A stretch of DNA of 64,000 nt from a virus (Duplodnaviria; Caudoviricetes): the IMG/VR virus record IMGVR_UViG_3300037422_000298. The stretch is one strand, 5' to 3'. Every line of letters starts with the position of its first letter. Positions within the stretch are counted from its first letter, which is position 1. Both the position numbers and the translations under genes were made by a program. Shown here in pieces: positions 56,953-64,000 of the stretch. The notes under the pieces were generated by a model. It was not told the DNA's origin. It worked only from the letters and a program-made list of their open reading frames with translations, and made no database searches.

Positions 56953-58229
56953 TGAAGTTCCTCCTCATCCTCGTCGTCTTGATCGTTTGGTTCTGGAAGC
57001 GCAACGGTCTGCGACTCCGTCGGCGAAGCGTACGGGCGCGGCTTCCAAAGCATCTCGGCCTTCGAGGGCACTTTGGGCGCCAGCCGCCGCAGCTCCGTGG
57101 CGACGATCGCGTCCGTTACCGGCACTGGCAGGTTGAGCACCTGGATCCGGTCACCAATCGTCGGCTCCGGTTTGGGCATCTGTAGCGCTATGTTCGCGTC
57201 CGGCGAGGTGTCGAATGACAGGTTCGCGCGACCGGCTACGAGCAGGCGGTAGCCCCACGGGATGTTCACGCGCAGCTCGGCGTCCTCGATCTTGTGCATC
57301 AACTCCCAGTCGGCCCACGCGGGTTGACAGACCGGGTTGTAGACAGACCACAAGAGATCGAACGCGTCGTTCGTCGGGATCACGTAGCCGCGGATGATCA
57401 AGATCGCCGCACGCAAGCATGCCGTCGAGCCGTTCTGGCCTTGAATCGCGGGCTCGGCCTGTTCGAGTGCGCGTCGCGCCAGACGCAGACGATTCTCCAG
57501 CGGGGGTAGGTCTTCCTCTTTGGGGCGTTCGCCGCTCGTCGAGAACTCCTTCTGTTTCTCGCGCGCCGAGATCGCGAACTTGAAGGCCCACTCGGGCAGC
57601 TCGGCGATCGGCAGCTCGTTACGCCATTGATAGCGCGCGCCACTGGAGTGTAGCGACGGCGCGCCGACGATCAGGCCGCCCTCTGAACGAATATCGATGC
57701 CCGGTGCGAGCCGTGCGCGGTTCTTGATCCAGTCGCTGTAGAGCGGATCGACGTGGAAGATACGGTGCTCGCCGCCACCTTCGCGTCCCGTCGACTGCAT
57801 CAGCGTCGGCGGCAAAGGACTGTACGCCTCTTCGAGTTGCTTGAGCGATTCACGGCCCTCGTCACCGTCGATGTCGATGCAGATCAGACACGCCTGGCCG
57901 CCCATCAAGATGCCGATGTTGGCGCGTGGCCAGCGACGCCACCAAGCGCGAAGTTTATCGACGTCCGTGGTTGCGACCTCGCGCCACTTGCCGAACACCG
58001 GATGCTTACCTGCAGCACCGCAGTCCACGCGCTTCTTGCACGAGCAGCCCTGAACGCCGTCGTACTGATTCAGGTAATGCAACGCGATGATGCGCCAGCC
58101 GCGCTGTGCGTACTCGACAGCGGCGTCGGCGAGTATGTTGCGTTGCGGCGGCACTACCGTTGTTCCTCGAAGTGTTGCAGGCTGCGACGATTGCAGTCTC
58201 GTACCATCGTGAAGACCGCGAGCACGCAC
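56943..58229 (-). CDS. Bifunctional DNA primase/polymerase (Prim-Pol)
   Basis: YAQRGWRIIAL, CSC..C..GKHP, ANIGI, IDID, GIDIR..G.IVGAPSLH.SG..Y.W; start uncertain. Confidence 0.85.
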   Translation of the reverse strand: MRARGLHDGTRLQSSQPATLRGTTVVPPQRNILADAAVEYAQRGWRIIALHYLNQYDGVQGCSCKKRVDCGAAGKHPVFGKWREVATTDVDKLRAWWRRWPRANIGILMGGQACLICIDIDGDEGRESLKQLEEAYSPLPPTLMQSTGREGGGEHRIFHVDPLYSDWIKNRARLAPGIDIRSEGGLIVGAPSLHSSGARYQWRNELPIAELPEWAFKFAISAREKQKEFSTSGERPKEEDLPPLENRLRLARRALEQAEPAIQGQNGSTACLRAAILIIRGYVIPTNDAFDLLWSVYNPVCQPAWADWELMHKIEDAELRVNIPWGYRLLVAGRANLSFDTSPDANIALQMPKPEPTIGDRIQVLNLPVPVTDAIVATELRRLAPKVPSKAEMLWKPRPYASPTESQTVALPEPNDQDDEDEEELQCA

Positions 58230-58460
58230 GCCACGACGAGGATCGCGCCCATGAGCAGGGCGAACAGATCGACGTCACCGCGGCGGTGCCGCATCAGGGC
58301 TTCTCCACCTCGACGCCGAGTGTCTCGGCCACGCGCGCCGCAATTCGCGCAGCATCAGCAGGTGTGTAGGCATCGAACGTTAACGTTGCGTACTCGACCT
58401 GCAGGCAGACCGTCGCGTGATCGCGGATGAACACACGAACGACGTTTTTCAAATCGCGCG

Positions 58461-59840
58461 TCACGTCTTCTCCGTGATCGTCTGCTCGCCGCGACGGACG
58501 TCCCAGTCGTCGGGGTCCATGTCGACGTGGAGCGCGATCTGATCGTGGGGGTGGTTCTTCTGGAAGATCTTGATCATCCCGTGGACCTGTTTACGCAGCG
58601 TTGGATGGACCGTCTTGCCCGAACGCAGCTCGAAGAAGTAGAGCAGCGCCGGTAGTCCCATCATGACCTCGCAGGGCACGCGGAAGCCGAGCGCGCAGTA
58701 GTACTGCCGCGCGACTGGATCATCAGGCAGTGCACGGATGCGGGCCTTCTGAGCGTCGATCAGCGCGTCGGCCTCCTGCCACAGGTCACCTAGCTCGGTG
58801 ACGTACCAGCGCTCGAAGCCCCAATCGACGTTGAGTAGCGGCATGCGGATCACGCCGTTGCGGTGGCGTTGCAGGTCGCGGAACGAACCGAAGTCGAGCA
58901 GGAACTGGAAGCTGTACTGACCGAGGTCGGTCATGAAGTGCGGCAACACGCAGCCCTTCGGACGTGTGGCCAGTATCTCGGCGTAGCGCCGAAGGCCGAG
59001 GTTGCGCGCACCGACGAGCAGCTCGATGGGTCGGCCGTGCACCTGTGACACCATGATCTGATCGTGTGCGGGATCGAGCGTCGTCGAGTACGTGAACTCG
59101 CGTGCGACCTTCGCTTCCCACTGTGCGCGGGCGACGTTGACGGCCTCGTCCTTGTTGCTGACGCCGCTGACCATCGCCATGTGTCGCCCGAAGCCGCTCG
59201 ACGGATAGCGTGCATCGAGCAGCTCGGTCAGCGACCGTGCGATGCCGCTGATCTCACGCGCCGGATGAACGTTGAGGCCGATCAGGTGATCGACTGCTTG
59301 GCGCAGGTTTGTGTGCCACGACAGCTGCGTCGCGATACCGGCGGGTAGGAAGCCGCGCATGACGTCGAACGAACGTGCCTTGATCGCACGGTCGTACGTC
59401 TCTTGCTTCTCTCCGTCGCGCTTCGGGTAGCGCTGTCGAATGATCTCGCCGATGACGTCCTGCTTGCTCACGTAGAACGCCATCCATGCGTCGAGGATCG
59501 CTTTCGACGTGGGCGTCCCGAACGGATCGATGATCGGCTGCTTGCTCATGTCGATGTAGCGCGTGCTGGTTTCTTGCCCCGAGTAGAGCGGCCAGTCCTG
59601 CACCGCCTTGGCAGCCAGCAGGCTCACGTTCTCGATGAACATCGTCGTCGAGCCACAGTCGGCGATCGACTTGTGTCCGAATCCGACGTAGTAGTTCGAC
59701 ATGAACTTGCCCGAGCCGGACTGCTTGACCTTTTCGAGGTGCACTTCGACGCTCTCGGCCGAGCGCGAGTAGAGCGCCTGCAGCATAGCGATGTCTTCAG
59801 GGGTGAGATCGTCGACGACCAAGAGCTTCTGTTGCTTCAC
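58461..59840 (-). CDS. thyX: Flavin-dependent thymidylate synthase, tandem-domain type
   Basis: GHKSIAD, QETSTRY, FDVMRGFLP, NLR, FRDLQRHR, FELRS..VHP. Confidence 0.85.
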   Translation of the reverse strand: MKQQKLLVVDDLTPEDIAMLQALYSRSAESVEVHLEKVKQSGSGKFMSNYYVGFGHKSIADCGSTTMFIENVSLLAAKAVQDWPLYSGQETSTRYIDMSKQPIIDPFGTPTSKAILDAWMAFYVSKQDVIGEIIRQRYPKRDGEKQETYDRAIKARSFDVMRGFLPAGIATQLSWHTNLRQAVDHLIGLNVHPAREISGIARSLTELLDARYPSSGFGRHMAMVSGVSNKDEAVNVARAQWEAKVAREFTYSTTLDPAHDQIMVSQVHGRPIELLVGARNLGLRRYAEILATRPKGCVLPHFMTDLGQYSFQFLLDFGSFRDLQRHRNGVIRMPLLNVDWGFERWYVTELGDLWQEADALIDAQKARIRALPDDPVARQYYCALGFRVPCEVMMGLPALLYFFELRSGKTVHPTLRKQVHGMIKIFQKNHPHDQIALHVDMDPDDWDVRRGEQTITEKT

Positions 59841-60409
59841 GGTTGGTGTTCCTCAGGTTGCGTTTGTGGCGGGTTGTAGTAGGGCGCCGGGTATGGCAAT
59901 AGGCCATTTTTGTGGAAGTCGTTCTCAGGCAACTCGGCACGATAACGAAGATCCAAACGACGCAAGAGGCGGAACAACGTGGGCGCCTCGTCCTGAAGCG
60001 TCACCTCACGATCGAGAACGACGACCGTCAGCGTTCCTTCCCACTTGATGGCGGTCGCATCGTAGCGAACGTCGAACCGCGCGCCGTCTGGCAATCGATT
60101 TCGCTGTCGTTCAAGCTCACGGCGCGCCTCGCCGCGAGCCTTATCCGCGGCAATTTTGGCTGCTGCGCACGTTGCCGTGAAGTCCCACTCGACGCCGCTG
60201 AACTTCTTGAGGCGCTCAGCGCGATCGTTGCCGATGTCGAGCTTCCACTTGGCGTACTCGCCCGCGTGCTTGACGGGATCGAATTCGAACCAGACGAGGT
60301 GTCCAAACTCGGGCGGCGGCGTCCAGTTTTTGGACACGAAGCGGTACTCCATCAAACCCTTGACGTCGGCGAGCTTGGCCGTGCGTCCGGTCTTGCCAGT
60401 CGCAGCCAT
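59837..60409 (-). CDS. Hypothetical protein (MAATGKTG...)
   Basis: Coupled to the dut stop and thyX start. Confidence 0.55.
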   Translation of the reverse strand: MAATGKTGRTAKLADVKGLMEYRFVSKNWTPPPEFGHLVWFEFDPVKHAGEYAKWKLDIGNDRAERLKKFSGVEWDFTATCAAAKIAADKARGEARRELERQRNRLPDGARFDVRYDATAIKWEGTLTVVVLDREVTLQDEAPTLFRLLRRLDLRYRAELPENDFHKNGLLPYPAPYYNPPQTQPEEHQP

Positions 60410-60873
60410 CAGCTCTTCCCCGTCGAGCCGAAGCCGTGTGGCCCGCGCTCCGTCGTCGGTAGCTCGTGCACGATCTCGATGCCCGTGTACACGACTGGCG
60501 CGATCACGAGCTGCGCGATGCGCTCGCCGTGCTTGACCGTGTACGAACGCGAGCCCGATGGACTGTGGTTGATGACGATGATGCCCAGCTCGCCAACGTA
60601 GTCTTCGTCGATCACGCCCGGCGAATTCAACACCGTGAGGCCGTGGTGCCGTGCCAGCCCGCTTCGCGGGCAGCACAAGCCCACGTGGCCTTCCGGGATG
60701 ACGACTGCGATCCCCGTCGGGATCACCGTTCGCGAGTTGCTGGGGATGTCGAGCGTCAGCGTCAGATCCGTGCCGTCGCCGAGGCACGCGTACAGATCGA
60801 CACCGGCTGAACGCGCGGTCGCTCGCGTCGGCGCCTTGGCACCTGCGCGCAAGAGCTTCACTCGTAGAGTCAT
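60409..60873 (-). CDS. dut: dUTPase (trimeric)
   Basis: AGVDL, PRSGLA, GVIDEDYVGE, RIAQL, RGPHGFGSTG. Confidence 0.95.
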   Translation of the reverse strand: MTLRVKLLRAGAKAPTRATARSAGVDLYACLGDGTDLTLTLDIPSNSRTVIPTGIAVVIPEGHVGLCCPRSGLARHHGLTVLNSPGVIDEDYVGELGIIVINHSPSGSRSYTVKHGERIAQLVIAPVVYTGIEIVHELPTTERGPHGFGSTGKS

Positions 60874-61654
60874 TTGCGCTTCACCTTCCGGCACTGACAG
60901 TTCCACATCGACTCCCGGCAGTTGGGGCAAGTGTGGTAGCAGAAGATGAGCGATCGATCGCCTTTCTCCAGTGCGGTCAGAACCTTGATGTAGTCGGGGT
61001 GTTGATCGTCAATGCAATGCAGCTTCTGACAAGGCGCCACGCAGGTGGTTTCCAACACCTCGGTGGCGCCATTCCAGTCCGGGGAATCCTCGGCGATGAC
61101 CGAGTACCCTGCGTACTCTCGACGTTCCATTGACTCTCTCCTTGCCCGCACGCTTTCGCGTCCCTACGCGGGCGATCTAACTAGTAACTACTTGGTGAGC
61201 AGCTCGGCTCCCGTGAGCTTGATGGGTCCGCCGCTCAGCTCGGTGATCTTGGTTGCGACGGCGATCTGTTGCTTGCGCAAGTTGTTCGCGAGATCGAGGT
61301 CGCCATGGCTCGCAGCGAGCGCGAACGCGTGATGGAGCGCCTTCGATGCAGCCGACAACTCGCGGTTGATTTGTGCTTTCTGTGCAGTGTTCATGATGAT
61401 CTCCTAACTACGCGGCGGCCACGACCAGCCGGGAACAGTTGGGTTGGACGGATTGAACGGCCGAACGAAGCCTTGGTTCGACGCGAACGGATTATCGCGA
61501 AGGTCTTCCGGCTCGAAGAACACGAACAGGTTGACGACATCGTCGCTTGCGCCAATCGACGTCACCATCGCCGGTCGTGAGCGCTGCTCGTGCACGCCTT
61601 CGGGCGCGTTGTAGACAGTGAAGTGGTACAGCACGATGCGACACGGTGTCGGGT

Positions 61655-61981
61655 TCACGGCTTGACGCTCCAGTCCGTCGGCTTCACGGCGTCACGCAAC
61701 GCGTAGTAGTTATCGATGTACTCGGCGATGATCATGCCGTGGCAAAGCAGAGGGCTACACCAACACCCTAACTTCAGACCGCGTAACGCCAGTACCTTGC
61801 GACGGAACTCGGCGTCTTCGTCGACGCGCTTGTAGAAGTACGTTCGATATTTCGCGAGCACCTCGGCGCGTCCGCCGTCCTTGCCGAGATAGAACGGGTT
61901 CCCGAACGGCGACGAACGATCGATCGCGACGTCGTACGTCGACATCCGCATGTTGACGACCGTGGTCTCGACGATCGCCAC
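61655..61981 (-). CDS. DUF4326-like protein
   Basis: IDRSSPFGNPF, LGCWCSPLLCHG. Confidence 0.75.
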   Translation of the reverse strand: MAIVETTVVNMRMSTYDVAIDRSSPFGNPFYLGKDGGRAEVLAKYRTYFYKRVDEDAEFRRKVLALRGLKLGCWCSPLLCHGMIIAEYIDNYYALRDAVKPTDWSVKP

Positions 61982-62467
61982 GCCTACTTCGATTCTGCCA
62001 GCTCGTCTTCCCGCGCAACGCAGTAGGCGACCTGACCGTTGATGTCGAGCGTGAGCATCGACCACGAGTGTTTGCTGGTTTCCCCGTAGTGCACCGGACC
62101 GATCCTGCGGATCTTGGCGTCGCCCGCCTTCGTCGCGATGACGTCGTCTACTTTGAGCGCCTTCAGCATCACGCGCTCCGTTTATCTTCGTCGCGCGACG
62201 TGCGCCATGCTTCGTAGAGTCGTTTGGGATCGCCGCCTGGGCCGACGACGCCGACGTAGTTCTCGGCACGCGTTACATCGCAGACATCGCTACCGAGCGC
62301 ACAGACTGGATGAACGACAGGTTCGCCGATCGTCGTCATCAGCACCCAGCACGCAATCGGCTCCGTCGAGAAACCGTTGCCGTCGACAGCTTCGAACACC
62401 GCTAGCCAGCCTGGCTGGCACGTTACCAAGTCGCTCATGAAGTTTTGCCCCTAGCTCTGCAAGAAAG

Positions 62468-64000
62468 TTACGCGCGTCGGAAGGTGTACATCGTGACGCC
62501 ACCCGTTCCCGTTCGACGGGAGATCTCGAAGTGTTCGCGCAACGCGGCGCTCGCTTCGCGAAGGCGCGAGGAAAGCGCCTTGGGTGACTTGAAGAACGTC
62601 GTGCTACCGCCTGCACGCGCGATGTTTGACAGCTCGCGATGCAGATCGGCGACACGGACTTCGCGACCCTGATTCGACTCGGTGTTGAGCCAACGATCGA
62701 TCAGATCGATCAGAGGATCGCCTTCGATCACGAGCACGTTGCGCTCGTGCTGCATGCATTCGAGCATCTCGTCGATCGCTTCAGGCGACCAATTGCCTAC
62801 CGGGCCACCCGGCCTGGCGAGCACGCGACCGATGATGTGTGCGATGTGCGCGAAGTCGGCCATGCGCGATTTCGTCGGGCGCGGTCGAGGATGCTTGCGC
62901 AGCTCGTTGACGATCTCGTTGAGCCACGAGAGCCACTCACCGAAGATCTCGTCGCGATCCGCCAAGGTCCGCTCGAACAACGTGTTCGCACCGATGTAGC
63001 CGTTGCGCTCCTCGCGACGTTCGAGGCGCAAGATCAAGCAGCGATCGGCCACCTGCGACTGACGAAACGTCTGCGGGTTGTTCGTCGTGATCGTCAGAAA
63101 GCTCTCGGGCTTGATCGTGTGCTCCGCGTCGTTCGTGAACAGCGCGCGGCGCGTCCAGCCGCCACCCGTGGCGTAGGTACAGAGGCAGTCGCGCAGCCAG
63201 TCGACCGGCTCGTTGATGTCGTCGAGAATCGCGATCGGCGAGCGCAGGATCTTCACGCCGAAGTCCTTGTCCTCCATCTTGGGGACCTGAATCGGCATGT
63301 GCTTGCCATGCAGCGCGAGGGCGATGCGCTGCATCGCGAGCGTCTTGCCCGACCCGCGATCACCTTCGATCAGCAGGATCGGTTTCGTTGGCATCAAGTC
63401 CGGGAACGCGATCGCGAAGATCCAGATCCCGAGGCACGTCTTTTGGATCTCGGGCGACATGCCGCCCTCCGACGCAGGGACGTACTGCAGGTCGTCGATC
63501 AGCGTCTTGAACAGCATCCGGTTGTTGCCGAGTAGCGGTTCACGCGGCGTCGAGCCGCGATCGTCGTCGAGAAACATCGAGGAGCCCGTGCCGTTCGGTA
63601 CCGCCGTCACGCCGACGGTGTCCGGGATAGCGCCCGTGATCTGGTAGCAGTAGCCGTCGTACGTCGAGATGTAGAGCGTCTGCTCGTGGCGATCCCAGTA
63701 CGAAAAACGACGGACGTCTCGTCGGAGTCCCTTCGACACGGCGCCGTTCTGCAGCATCGCGATCAGCGCTCGCGTGAGCGGCTCGCCATGGCTGAGGCCG
63801 TAGGTGTCGAACAGGTAGCCTGTGAACTCGCGGTTGGTGATTTCGACTTCGAGCAGTCGTGGCCCGCGTTGCAGGTTGTACTCGTAGAGGTAGGGGCGGC
63901 CGTTCTCGCCGACACGAAGCCACGCCTGTTTCATCGAGGTTTTCGAACTCTCGTACCCCCAGATGAAATTGTAGAGAATTCGCGACTTTTGGTCCTGGTT
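62468..64000 (-). CDS. P-loop helicase / primase-helicase C-terminal part (frame open to window end)
   Basis: Walker A GDRGSGKT, Walker B AILDD, TGGG..RRAL.TN, ADRC, RMADF. Confidence 0.8.
   Translation of the reverse strand, partial: NQDQKSRILYNFIWGYESSKTSMKQAWLRVGENGRPYLYEYNLQRGPRLLEVEITNREFTGYLFDTYGLSHGEPLTRALIAMLQNGAVSKGLRRDVRRFSYWDRHEQTLYISTYDGYCYQITGAIPDTVGVTAVPNGTGSSMFLDDDRGSTPREPLLGNNRMLFKTLIDDLQYVPASEGGMSPEIQKTCLGIWIFAIAFPDLMPTKPILLIEGDRGSGKTLAMQRIALALHGKHMPIQVPKMEDKDFGVKILRSPIAILDDINEPVDWLRDCLCTYATGGGWTRRALFTNDAEHTIKPESFLTITTNNPQTFRQSQVADRCLILRLERREERNGYIGANTLFERTLADRDEIFGEWLSWLNEIVNELRKHPRPRPTKSRMADFAHIAHIIGRVLARPGGPVGNWSPEAIDEMLECMQHERNVLVIEGDPLIDLIDRWLNTESNQGREVRVADLHRELSNIARAGGSTTFFKSPKALSSRLREASAALREHFEISRRTGTGGVTMYTFRRA

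Noticed and set aside
22337-60873. dcd, dut and thyX as evidence of modified-base DNA
   Set aside because: Together they form an ordinary dCTP-to-dTMP supply route common in large phages

Overview
This looks like a 64-kb segment of a large, high-GC (roughly 60-65% by eye) dsDNA bacterial virus. The host is unknown; a TIGR02996-like motif weakly hints at Myxococcota or Planctomycetota. The window carries a lysis cassette (holin-like gene, GH25 endolysin), dTTP-supply genes (dcd, dut, thyX), a prim-pol and a P-loop helicase, glycan-modifying enzymes, and several paralogous families of beta-rich or C-terminally membrane-anchored putative virion proteins. No terminase, portal or capsid gene is recognisable here. 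It also has 8 near-canonical tRNAs (5 Leu, 2 Ser, fMet) and a 4.1-kb cargo transposon with terminal inverted repeats (TIRs) and a 9-bp target-site duplication (TSD). Four observations stand out. (1) Tiny codon-sampling ORFs sit directly upstream of cognate tRNA clusters: one uses all six Leu codons exactly once before the tRNA-Leu array, and one has 8 Ser in 15 codons before the tRNA-Ser pair. (2) Five chimeric RNAs share one stem/internal-loop/YACAMGC module, grafted into the variable arm or acceptor stem of tRNA bodies. (3) A dispersed but apparently co-regulated ubiquitin-like set is present (E1/ThiF, Ubl precursor, JAB protease, conserved-Cys protein, vWA/TROVE-like protein). (4) A CGATCG-N6-CGATCG palindrome with an adjacent -10 box occurs at 14 loci and mostly drives leaderless structural genes. 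All assignments come from reading the sequence only; no searches were run.
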